A stretch of 64,000 nt of DNA from Orbicella franksi (lineage: Eukaryota), in the NCBI GenBank assembly GCA_964199315.1, contig OZ116700.1, forward strand, positions 26,040,001 to 26,104,000. Reading direction: 5' to 3'. Below, piece after piece: positions 13,301 to 25,098 of the stretch. Below the pieces are notes generated by a model. The model made no database searches. It was not told the DNA's origin and was given only the letters and a program-made list of their open reading frames with translations. The translations under genes and the position numbers were made by a program. Every line of letters begins with the position of its first letter. Position 1 is the stretch's first letter.

Positions 13301-14030
13301 TCCTGACATTTGAGAACACTCGAGTGTTCTGAAATGCCCGTCATGTTTTATGTTTTACCACAGTGTAATACACGGCTTAGGCTTTTTTATTTGTTAAATA
13401 TATGTTTTCCATTGATTTGCCTACATCACGAAAAGATCCTCTTGATCTTTTCTTCCCTAAACGTATTGTCTTTTTTTCCGAAATAAGATGTACTACCTGC
13501 AAGTTAGTGAAATCTCATAGACCACTGTTCAAGTATATCGAAACCTCGTTTCTAGTAAAGAGGGTTATTTGGGAATTAGCGAAGTTGCAAAATTACATGA
13601 CAAAGCTTACTACGAATGATTAGAAGCAAAAATATCCAGTAAATGATTGGCTACCGCACTGTAACATTCACTTTGTCCAACTGAGGATAAATTTAATCAC
13701 CGTTATGATTAATTTTGAATTGAAAGCCGACTAAGGTCAATTTCTACTGTTCAACAGATTTCAGAGCGGCGCAAATTGCACGAAAGCGCCTCAGATGTCA
13801 TAAAGGAATCAATCGCCTTATCAACTGATCCTGAGTCAATAACCAGCGGTATTCAACGGGATTTCAAGCTCGATATCGATCCTTCAAATCAATCATTAAC
13901 AACCGATCAACAAAATGACCTGCCAAAGGCGCCCCGGGAAAATTGTGGTTTATTTGGTGGAATAATGTCTGAGAACGTCTGCTGCGCAGTTATTGTATCG
14001 GTGGCGATATTGCTCGTCAGCTGGATCTAG
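6985..14030 (+). CDS. Predicted 3-exon gene X: ~170-aa coiled-coil protein with C-terminal transmembrane tail
   Basis: Exons 6985-7062 (MNVLVKKQVGYQAMRKRLKAKDRAIE|GTAACA), 12898-13059 (TTTTCAG|RLRNKAAWLELQL...LEESLQLPL|GTACAA) and 13758-14030 (TTCAACAG|ISERRKLHES...VCCAVIVSVAILLVSWI*). All junctions are phase 0 with no internal stops, and AATAAA motifs lie downstream near 14100-14135. The second donor is weak and no homology search was done. Confidence 0.5.
7271..7336. repeat. (GAT)n/(TAT)n microsatellite
   Basis: Direct reading; it explains the poly-Ile spurious ORF 7159-7377. Confidence 0.95.
9377..9732. repeat. 76-bp minisatellite, ~4.7 copies, inside the YR retrotransposon
   Basis: Units start at 9377, 9453, 9529, 9605 and 9681 (GGGCAGTCCCGTACAAAGATGACATGG...GATCAACACGTGATAAAC). 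They are head-to-tail with no unique spacers. Confidence 0.95.
10970..11520. mobile_element. Probable truncated TTAA-CCCT (piggyBac-like) non-autonomous insertion nested in the YR element
   Basis: TTAA at 10966-10969 followed by CCCTCGG interrupts the gag-RT continuity. The right terminus was not found, so the end coordinate is approximate. Confidence 0.35.
13130..13400. repeat. Dispersed non-coding repeat/MITE remnant in intron 2 of gene X
   Basis: GC-rich palindromic motifs (GCGCGCGC, GAGAACACTCGAGTGTTCT) and no ORF; recall-based resemblance to coral MITEs. Confidence 0.35.
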
Positions 14031-15187
14031 GTTCAAGAATCAGAATCAGATTGAACTAAACAGTGATGTGATTGCAGGAATAAACAAAGTTAAGCGAAGT
14101 CAAACGTTTACCCTTCAAAGAGTAACGGTAAATAAAATATGGACTAGCGCAAAGTGGAAGTTACGGTACAAAAACAAAATGTTCCTCTATGCAGCACTAC
14201 TAGGATTACTGGCCAATAAAATTGAACACGAAAACGCAAACAAATGTATCCAATAATTTATCTTGTATTGCCAGATCTGCGCGGACTGGAGATAATGATA
14301 ACAAAGTATCATGCTAAATCCACTTTGGTATCTTGACTAAACTGTTATGATCTATCGATATTAATGTTCTGTTAAGAAAAGAAAAAGTTCATTGACACGT
14401 CTAAAAGCATGTTAACTACTACACGTGTATCGTCGACGTCTACGCAGGATTATTAACAGACTGAGATTGCCGACATCAACGGCTCTATAACAATTGAAGT
14501 CCCGGACAGTGAGAGGTAGTTGCATCAACGATTTTGTTCAATGACATGAGGAATAAGGGCTTTCATTCTTTTAAGGAAGAGTTGGGAGGGGTACTGGGTG
14601 CTCGCACTCCTCCTAGTCTTGCATACGGCCGATGCGCCTAAAATTTGAATCAACCAATCAGGATTTAGCATGTTATCAAGAAACGCAATGTGGTCGGGTA
14701 GCTTTTCTCATTGAAGACGGCAGAAAAGGCCTTTATAATTCTAAATACCATCTCAGACTGAAAAAATAAAAGAATAAAAATTAAAAAAGTTAAAAAAATA
14801 ATAAAAAAAAAACAATGAAAAATAAGAAACAAGTTTGTGTCTTTAAGCTTACAATTTGGCGCCAAAATGTGTCGCCAGCGTCCGGCAATTCACTCGTCGC
14901 TCGTAGAGTGTCGTGAGGATGAGGTAGGATATTACATGTATTCGTGTTATTTTAAACAAAATACCTTGTCCTCGTCAAATTCAACCCAAAATTACCCAGT
15001 TAAGTATTAGAAGAAGCCAAACTAACCAAGGATTATCTTCATTTGTGCTGACTGCAAAGAAAGACTATTATTGTGTCGTTTCGATAGCAGCGCTTAGCTC
15101 TGATTGATGCTAAATACTTTTTTTACCATTTACTTAATACCTTTTGTATGTACTTCGATACATGTAGCCTTAGCAGGGCAAAGCATG

Positions 15188-18100
15188 TCACAACTTTGTG
15201 TCAAACGTGGTGGTATTGTGACCACTCTCATGATTTTTCTCTTTGGCACCTCTCAGCAAAGCTACAGTTCTCTCCTTTGCAACAAACGTCAGGAAAATAA
15301 AAAATCCTGCGGAAAAGCAGAACAGAACATGTTGTCAATTACTCATCCACAGCCATCATTGACACGTGAATGGGAACATGCTAGAGACGTTAATGTGATG
15401 ATGTGCTAAATTTAGAAGTGCTACAGTCGTCTCCAAATTCAGAGTGGTTTTTCCTTGTATTAACCTACCTTGTAAGCTGTTAACAACCACAAAAATATAC
15501 GCCGTTGCATCTGTTTTAACGATGGAACTGAGAAATCCAAACACCCATGTAAGGCCAAGGACACAGGTCAGCTTGATGCACAGCAGAGCGAGACTTGACT
15601 GACTTCCCTGGTCGGACAATTTTTTAGTGACCTGCATGAGTACAGTGCAACAGACGGTTGGTCTAATACCTTATCAGGATGCTTAGTTAGAGACCCAGTG
15701 GATGATGTAGGGTGACACAGAGGGGGGAGGGAGAGGGGGGGTGGGGGGGAGGGATGAAGAAGGTCTTGTAAAAAGGTCAGCTAGGGATGGTGGTCGGAAA
15801 ATTGGAATAACACCGGATACAAATCTGGGAATCTAATATGGCGAATTATATATATAACTTATACATGTTTGTGTCGATGGCTGGCTGAGAGCGAGCAATG
15901 TAACATCTATTAAAAGACATCACGAGGGTAGATGCTATAATCCGAATCCCGATTCATGCTAGAGGATATAACACAATCACACACCAGGATAATATCAATT
16001 AAGTATTCCCCCTAGAAATGGAATTAAATTACACTTTAGCGCTAACTTGGTGTTACAAAATGGTTTGGTGAAATTGTAAAAAAACCTATCCTAATCAAAT
16101 CCGGGCTAAGTTTAAAGGTCATCAGAGCAGCAGAGAGCCATCGGTGCGCGCCTGTTAAGACTGCAACTCCGTAAATATAAGTAGCTTAAGATAGAATGCG
16201 TACTTCCTAATTACCACCTTTATCTCATGTTGAATGAAATGATCTTACCTTGCGCACTTTGTGAATGGAAATAACTGTCCAAGTTAAAGCTACAAAATTG
16301 AACACAATTACCAACGCAACAGGGACACCAACAACTGCTAGTAACGTAGTACCATTTTTGATCCAACAAAATCCACCATGACCTGCCAAAAAAAATACGT
16401 ACTAAAATCCTACAATCTTGCGATCATACTATCGGTATGTTTAACCGAGTGACAATAACTTTAAATTTTCAAACGACACAAACAATGATAAAGCACAGTA
16501 AAGCAAACAACTTCGAAGCGTAGTGTTACTATGGTTAACTGGTAGGAGGTCACTCACTAGAAATATAAAACATACAAAAAAAAAAAAGAAAGAAAGAAAG
16601 AAAAGAAAACAACAACAACAACAACGAAACAAACAAATTAATAAAACACATAGATATGGCGTTAGGCAGGCAAGTAATATCACGTTATTACAAAGAACAC
16701 TATTAGTCTGGATACCAGAACTTCCCCTATAAAAACTAGGAATTAATAAAACCTTTCAAGAAGATGATATTTCATCTGATCAGGTTTGCTTTAATCTTAG
16801 TCCTGCATGCTCCGCAGAAATAACTCATACATTAATGTTAAAAATAACTGCATTTTGTTTGCCACTGTACTGTGAAGTCCCCGTCGGGAGTTGAGCTCCT
16901 GACCTCTCAGACACCCGGAGTAAAATACTCTCTTATATGGGGCAATTTAATTTGAACGATAAAGTATCTTACCGTAGCCTATGGTAACAGTATCCATGTA
17001 ATCCAAGGCAAAACAAGTGGCAATGACAACTGCCGGTAAACCCCAGGCGCACAAACAATATTTAAGAAGAGTGTTCCTCCTATTCTTAGCTGGCTGGGAA
17101 CGTGCGTAATTATCTAAAATCACAGTAAAGATAGATTGGTTTTTAGTCTCTGAGAAAAGCAATCAGCGAACATATGTTTCTCATTAAGACAACCGTATAC
17201 ATTTTTTTAAGAGACTTACATATTTAGCACATATTTATTTCTTACCGTGAAATACAAATGTTTTTGCTACATCAAATGCCATCACACTCATCCATGCAAA
17301 TGAACATTAAAGAAAGTAATGAAGAAGAATAGCGATTCCAGTGCAGAGAGCTTGAATGTTTCTTAATCCTGCGACAAACAGGGATATGTGATAAAATATC
17401 ATTGCAAAAGACATATTTGTCAGGTTTTTTCCAGGCAGAGTCCTCAACTCCTTGAATACGGAGTAAACGACGATTAAAATAAGCAGCGAGAGAACCGAAA
17501 CTGAGCAACCGGCGTAGGTTAGAATCTGTAATGGAGATACAACATAGGACCACTTTGAAATTGTTTCTTTCTTTGAGTAGTTACTTGCAAAGTCTGTGCA
17601 CAAAAGTACATTGGAGCCATTCAAGAAATAATCAGTGCGGTTATATCCTCTGGCGTATAAAGGAACCCACAAAGTTCCATTTGGAAGCAAAACAGTGTCT
17701 GAAGAATTAAGCTGTATGCTAGAACAGTTCAGCGTTATTACGACATCGCTGGTTGAATTGATTGAATTGATCGAGGTGTTGCTATTCACAATCACTTTGC
17801 GGAAAGCTTCTCTGCACTTTTGAATAAAAGGATCATAAACAAATCCTTTCTGGCAAGTATTTTTTGTCAGAACTTGAGTTTGAGTTGTTTTGCCTTGAAT
17901 GCTTATTTCATTGGAGGAAAAGTCAAACAAAATGTTTAGTGGAGGAGGAGGAGGTTCCAATGTAAAAGGTGGGATCGTCGTAATAGGCCGCCATGAAGGA
18001 AACCAATGACCTGTGGGAGGTGGTGGCATTGTTGACCGAGATCTTGTCGTCATCGGTGATGATGTTGTCCCAGATGACAAGGAATGCGGCGAATTAGCTG

Positions 18101-20284
18101 TCCCAGGTGTCGTGTTTTGCGGTGGAGGCGCTGACCTAGGGGATGCAGTGGTATCCGGTGCAAATGATGTTCCCTCGGGAGTGGAGGTATGCGTTGGAGT
18201 TGTTGACTTATCCGTCGTACTTGGCGTTGTCGGCTCACCTGCCGTAGTACGTGGTAGTGTTGTAGACTTAGGAGTCGTGACCTCTACTGGAGGAAAGCAT
18301 ATGCAGTTTACCTGAGTTATGTCTTCTCCATTGCACAATGCACAATGAGGATTTTTGCGGCCTGCATCTCCACAAACTGGTAAAGCGTAGTATGAGCAAA
18401 GTTCTTGTACAACTGGCTCCTTGTTAACAATTTGTTTTGAAGAGCAATTGCTCTCGGTAGCAATGCAATTTTTGAGGTGTTTTCGCTGTTTATCTGTGGG
18501 CTGAAACTTAACCGTGCAGTTTTCTCCTATAAAAGCCAACAACAATGCGTTATCTTTAGGAAGAGCTGAGGTTGGAATTTGTCCACAGTCTGCGGTCATT
18601 CGCCAGTAAGATACATTTTGTACGGCATTGTACTCAGCACAAAATACGTTCCTGTAAACTACACCTGCCAGTTCATCTACAACAGGCATGCTCCTCAGGA
18701 AGTCTTTCTTATCATTCGTCTCGCATAAGGTTTGAATCTCTGGTTCAACAATGCCTTGCAGACATTTGGTTCTCATCAGATTTCCATGACTGCCTGAGTT
18801 CTTCAGGTTAATACATTCCCATTGTCCACGTTGGTTGTAATGGCTCGGTTGCACTTGACTGCAGCTTGTGTAAAAGAAAAAAAAAAAAAAAAAAAAAGAA
18901 ATAAGAATAATCAACCTGCAAGCTACACCGGTTATTCTGCTGGGTAGATATTTATCTGCTATTGTTGTTTTTAAATGACATCCAGTCTTTTATATATTGC
19001 ACCATCGTAAAATAAAGATAGGATAAATGAGCTTGTGCCACTGTTGTGAGTGTTGTTGTCATTGTGGTGGTGGTGGTGTGTGTGTGTGTGTGTATTTATT
19101 TTTGTTATTGCTATTTTTTGTTTTGCGCTTTTTTAAAATTTTTGTTGTTGTTGTTGTTGTTTTTTAATCTTTTTTTCTTTTTTTTACCGTGGCGGTCGCT
19201 GTCATCGTCGTTGTTGATGTCGCTGCTGTAATTGTTGTTCTTGATCGTATTTGTTGTCAACTTCTTTTTGTCGAAATGTCTCTGTTTTTATACTCTGCAA
19301 TAAATCTGGCTTCTTAATCACCAATCACTGTGAGCCCAATTGACAAAACTATATAATAAATGTTCTTATCGTATTCTTTCTCACTTACTCAATTTATATT
19401 AATTGCATGCCTGTTTACCTGGAGAAGAAATCGTAACAACAGTCGCCTACGTCTAAGCAATGACTGTCACAATAACAAGGTGATTTCTTTTTGCGCTCTG
19501 CTGGGTCAGCAGCAGCCCCGTGAATACATCTCGTCTTGCACGCGTGTTCATCTCTGGGACAAAAAGCCCCAAAATGAAAGTTGCCAGTGATGTTTAATTG
19601 CTGTAAAATCGCTCTAGTGCTCACGTTGTTCCCGTTATATGCTATTATGAGATCATCACCTGTATTAAGAAAAGTGACAAGTAACACTGTAAAAGGTTTT
19701 CTACCGTTTAACTGCAAAATTTTTGTTAACATTCCATGCAAATGACCATCGTTATGCGTTTGCTTATTATGCTAATAAGTGCACTACATCGCAATAAAAT
19801 ACAGATCATCAGGATTGATCGTTGCAGTGGAAAATACACGGAAAGGTATAGAAACCCTCTCATAGCATCCCTTAGCTGTCTCAGAACTCAGTCAACATAT
19901 TATTGCTAGGGATATTAGCCTGCGACAATATGTTTTTGGTGTTTGTTTGTTTTTGTTTTTTGCTTTTATTCTTGTTTTAAAAGACTGGTGCATGTTCACA
20001 ACATTTTAGATGAAAACAATGACAACCAGCTTTAGGGAAATTAACAATAACTTCAATGGTTCTTCTATCGAGTGTCTTTACATTTGATTACAAACTACAT
20101 TAATTGGAACAAAAAAATTACAAAATCTCAAAAGATATAAAGAAGATAAGCAACCTTGCCAAACTGAAAAAAAAGAAAACATCACTTTTTCCTTACCATC
20201 AGCAGCTACTTCCGATACAAACGTCAAAAACGCATAAATGACCAGGAGGATAATGGAGGGTTGTTGGGTCGAGTATCTGTACAT
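15188..20284 (-). pseudogene. Copy B: SMB-mucin 7TM GPCR gene (7 exons) with a premature TAA in TM3
   Basis: Exons 20197-20284 (signal peptide MYRYSTQQPSIILLVIYAFLTFVSEVAAD), 19419-19659 (SMB-like CYCDSHCLDVGDCCYDF), 17246-18858, 16973-17113, 16249-16382, 15469-15631 and 15188-15306 (...FDTKL*). All are GT-AG and phase-compatible, giving 832 aa if read through. An in-frame TAA at 17307-17309 replaces the TTA/Leu of copy C. Confidence 0.85.
19040..19260. repeat. Compound (GTT)/(GGT)/(GT)/T-run microsatellite in intron 2 of copy B (paralog at ~40070-40270)
   Basis: Direct reading; it generates spurious Val/Phe-rich ORFs. Confidence 0.9.
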
Positions 20285-20894
20285 GTTCAAGAGTCTCTCC
20301 TAACAGACCATTGCACTGCAATATAGATATACATCTGTTGAAAGTAAATGCTCGGTTCTAACCTTAAGCGTACAAACGGGAGTGAATGTCTCTAGCCTTC
20401 CCCACCCGGCCACTGTGTGAAGATTTTCTGTTAGTTTAAAATGACTATTCATTAATCCATCGCAGCAATTTTAGTGCATCGTCTGTCTGTGAACGTCATT
20501 TAACATCACATCACACCACATTTTGACATGTTGGCTTAGATCAAATTGGTGGTTTTGATCTTCATTTCGGATTGATGTTTTTGAAAAAATCAATTTGTGT
20601 TACCTCTTATTATTTGGTCGGAAAAGCCGCTAAAACCATATGCAAGATTGCGGATCTACTTGAGAACGCTCTGCAATTATCTTTGTTCAAAAGAAACCGC
20701 AGATAATTTATATCTGGTTGTTTGACTGATTAACGTCCGTGAGCTAAAAAGAAAATCTTCTTAAACCCAACATACGAAGTTGAAGTTATAAATCTTGCTT
20801 ATTGCAAATGGTGCCATATTCAAAGGATATCAGCTTAAGTAAGCTCAAGCAGATGGAAAACAAAATAACTATCCAATTCGCAATAATATTGTTT

Positions 20895-21525
20895 ATTTGT
20901 CTTCGACTCATATCGGTAAGTTCCGACGAGAGTAATTGCCAATTAGATTTGTTTTTTGTTTTTTGTTTGTAAATGATACTACCTTTTTACAAGAACCTTG
21001 AGAACGAAAGAACTGATGACCCCTAGGAGCGAAAGAACTTAACCTAAATCAAGTTCAAAAAGTGTCGGATAAATTCAATAGTTCACGCAACTTTTCACTT
21101 AATTTAGTTACTTGTAATTAGACAACCACCATATAATATAACGTTCGAACAAACCTGTTCAAGGAACCATCATTTTTGTTTCTTTAAGTGTGTTTCTTTT
21201 GTATATATTTGTATATTGTATATTTGTCTTCGACTCATATCGACAAATTCCGACGAAAATAATTGCTAATCATATTTTTGGTTTTTGAAACGAAACTACC
21301 TTGTTAGAAGATCCTTGAGAACGAAAGAACTGATGATCTGTGGGAACGAAAGAACTTAACCTAAATCAAGTTCAAAAAGTGTCAGATAAATTCAATAGTT
21401 CACGCAATCTTTCACTTAATTTAGTTACTTGTCATTAGACAACCACCATAATAATATAACGTTCGAATAAACCCAGGTCTGTTCAAGGAACCATCAATTT
21501 TGTTTCTTTAAGTGTTTTTCTTTTC
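20895..21525. repeat. Two-copy ~327-bp tandem repeat upstream of copy B (paralog ~41843-42460 upstream of D)
   Basis: ATTTGTCTTCGACTCATATCG... starts at 20895 and 21222, and again at 41843 and 42162. Confidence 0.9.
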
Positions 21526-24500
21526 CTTTAATTCCACATTCATCTTTTTAAGAGCAGGATTTGTTTTTGTTGTTGTTGTTTTTCAATTACAGCATACTGC
21601 CAAATCGATAGAAAAGTGCTACCGAATACCACCTGGTAATACAGTTTTTGCCGCCCAAACACATTGGATCTAAAAGGGAAAAAAAAAATAACTGCTATTA
21701 TGACATTAAGTAATATATTTCTCGAATCTTTGTGAAAAAGGCGTCAAGGCAAGGTGCTGGCCATGGGATTTACGGATACGTTCTGAATGCTGTTTTAGAA
21801 AAGATCAGATTAGGAATTCAATCATGTGCATCGACATGAATGAAAACGTTAGTGCACTGATTATTCACCAGGGTGGCATGGTAATACAAATGCATCGAAT
21901 AGGATACATTGTTTAACCATATAAGTGATACTTACCTCGTTGACACGAAAATGTAAACGGATGACCGGTCTTTAACAGAAGAAGAACAATTTAACGAACG
22001 TTGAGCACCTAAAGGCCTATGTCATTACAACTGTTGATTTGAGCGGATGTTATTTAATTTTGTTATCGCTTGGTATCGCAGGGGCTGAAAAAAATAATTG
22101 AGTAAATTTAAACATTTAATTTCGATATCAGAATGCATGGGTAATATATTTTAAAACCAGCAGGTAATAAAGTAAACTATCGGCGAAGAAGGATACAAAT
22201 TATTATTTAAAGTACTTGAGACGGGGGTAAAATTATATCTGTTACGTTCTTGTCCCGTTGTAGCTGGTTAAACAATCTTGTCTGGTGGTTAAGCCGAAAT
22301 AATTTGGAGGGAAAGTTAATAAAATGGAGAAAATTCCCTAAAGCCAGACGTGAGCGAGGACCTTCTAAACATGTGTCTTAAGAACGTTTTATTAAAATTA
22401 GGTTTAATTTCAAAATTTCTAAGAGTAATTTCTATTTTAGTCCCAAATCAATTATGGGAAGAAATGGAATATGTCAATTGAATACCACCCTCGTACGTAT
22501 AACAGTGAGAAGTGATTAGCATGCACATAACATCTAAATTTGTACGTGGAAAAAAATCCATTTTATGAAAAGATTAACAGGAGTTTCAATGTCTACAAAC
22601 GTGTATAGTTTTCAAGAGGATAAACGAAGTGGGAAACATCGAGACCCGAGGAAATACAAAACTGACTGTTCCCCAAGGGATCAGTAATTAGTGTTTCGTT
22701 ATATAGTCGGGCAGGAGTTGCCTGAATAGCAATGAGGCAGGGACTATTCACCTTACGATACAACAAAGATCAAGACAGTCTTAAAATCTCCGGAGCCCTT
22801 TTAACTGGCGACACCGAAGAAGGCGGTTGTTTGATTTAAGTTGCGTATTATATTTGTGGTGATGTGGGATGCTAGGATATTCGGTTTTAAAAGAACTTGA
22901 CAAATAAATTCAAGGAAGGATCGATAGCGAGTGATTTTTTTCCTAGTTCACAACGCCTGCCTAAGAACTGAAAACGTCGAAAATTTATTAATTTAGAATT
23001 TCGAACATATGGAACGTTCGAATTTTGCTTTCGCAAGTCTTTTTAAAGGAGTAATTCAACTAAACTCCCTGCTATACAACAATACGAGTTATCGCGTCTT
23101 AATTTGCTCTAATTGGTCTCAGGTACTCGGGGAGCTATAACGAACGAATTCCCAGGTCCCAGTCACAAGCACTCCAAACTAGATGTGGCGAGAACGGTTT
23201 GTCCTTATTTGCAGACGGTTTATTGAGACAATTCATGCTGAAATTTTAGGGTGTTAAAGTTAATTTTGTAAATAATAATAACGTTTTGCCACAAAATTTA
23301 CATGATATTCTTCCCTGTGGTAGTGTTTGCAAACCAAACTAATAAATTAATATTCGTCTTTTTACATTGTTTTTAGCTTGTTTGCCGTTCTTGTTGCCTT
23401 AATTGTTTTGCATTTGGCGTTCTAACAAAAAGAATAGTTACAACATACAGAAAACAGCTTTGAAGCAAAGTTAAAGCGTTGTTAAGCCAAGATCGGCAGC
23501 AGTTACATCTTTCACTGCCCGTTTGTACGTTCCAGCTCCAACAGAAAAAGCGCCTACGATGAAACACTGAAAAAGGACGTGCCCTGTTGTCCACTACATT
23601 TCAGATTTGTAAGAAATCCCTTCCCATGTGTTCCGATCTTGAAATCAATACTGCAGCAGGCTCCCTCATCCTAACAGTGTTACCCACCAGAAAAGTTTGT
23701 CTCTCGCTATTGTCTACGACCGTGCAGATTGCAGTTGTAGCCACCCTCCCTTCCTTCCTTGTATTTTATGGCTAGGACGTCAAGCTCACTATCGATCCTT
23801 TAAAACAACCATTAACTACAGCGTGACGTTACCATATGGCGTTCCCGGAGAATTGTGGTGCAGTTATAATAGTTTGGACGACGGTTGCTAGTCATTTGGA
23901 TCTGAGATCAACAATTAGAATCAGAATGACTGAAATGTCTACGCAAAACAACAACAACAATAACAAAAACAAACAAATAAAAAGCGGACTCAAAGGTACG
24001 TTTGCTTTTCACAGAGGGAGGTGAGAAATTATAGTTACAAGAAAATATTCCCTCGCTACAACATTGTCATTATTGCTGCCCAATAAAATGAACACAGAAA
24101 AAAAGAATACAAACACAGTTGTTTCCGATAATTTTTTTTTTATTATTATCAGATCAGCGTATAGATAATGACATGAGATCACTTTGCAAGATGTACTTTT
24201 GCACCTACAGGGTACGATCCATGAAGAATCCCCGTCTTACCGAAATTAACAACTAATACAAAGAATAGCGATATGATTAGAAAAAGCAACGTAGACAGAC
24301 CGGCGATGCAAATATATACTACATAATGAGTATGTATTTGACAAATAAGACGTTAATTCGCTTAAAACGGTCAGGTTACTTGACAGTGTTCGTCCACAAT
24401 GAGGAAACCTGACGTAGTAAGATTTTACATACTTTTATAACTCTTTTTATAATAATCACAGTCTTCGATACTGATAGGAGAAGGATGTCAACGAATTTTT

Positions 24501-25098
24501 TTTTCGTTTCAATGACTTGTGGGACGCGGCTTTTTACCCTCAAACGTTCAAGGAAAGGGGTGGTTACCTTAACTCTTCCCAGAAGCTCTGGAAAATTTAA
24601 ATAGGAGATGTGCTCTGTAGATATGAAATTTCAAGCAACCGTTCATTCATTCCTTTTGAAAAGTTTGACGGGTCAACTGAATCTTAACGTCGATTTATGT
24701 TAACATAGCAATTGCATTTTGACAGATGGTCAAGCCAAATTTGTCATTTGTTGTCAAAATTCTATTTTGGGGGGGGGGGGAGGGGGGGGAGGCTCTGTTA
24801 CCATTTTAAATCAATATTTTCTACCAATTTTACATAATTTTCTCTCTTCCTGAGAATGTAACGAGATCAAATATAAGGGACATAATGACGGCTTCAAAAG
24901 CCATACCCAAAAAAGTAATCTATTTTGTAGAGTAAGTTGAGAGCTACCTATTAAACTCACCCCTCCGTTGAACAACCTCTAGGGTATGAATTTGTATTGA
25001 CTTGAGTTTGTATTGAGAAAAGAGCGAAACCTTAATTTTTATGTCTTTGTTATTTGATACTTCCAGATATTTAGAAAGAACAGGCAGAGCAGAGCATT

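Noticed and set aside
15720-15755. Poly-G runs (also ~6210, 24770, 26530, 37347, 49797, 51695) as functional G-quadruplexes
   Set aside because: They are length-variable between paralogous sites and mostly inside introns or MITEs; no evidence of function, and homopolymer lengths are error-prone.
18013-18315. Val/Gly-rich plus-strand ORFs (also 28074-28361, 39062-39265, 53245-53520)
   Set aside because: These are antisense shadows of the Thr/Pro mucin-coding stretch.
23373-23775. Short ORFs in the B-C spacer, partly repeated at 44227-44418
   Set aside because: The frames are not preserved between the two blocks, and there is no recognisable domain or consistent splice pattern.
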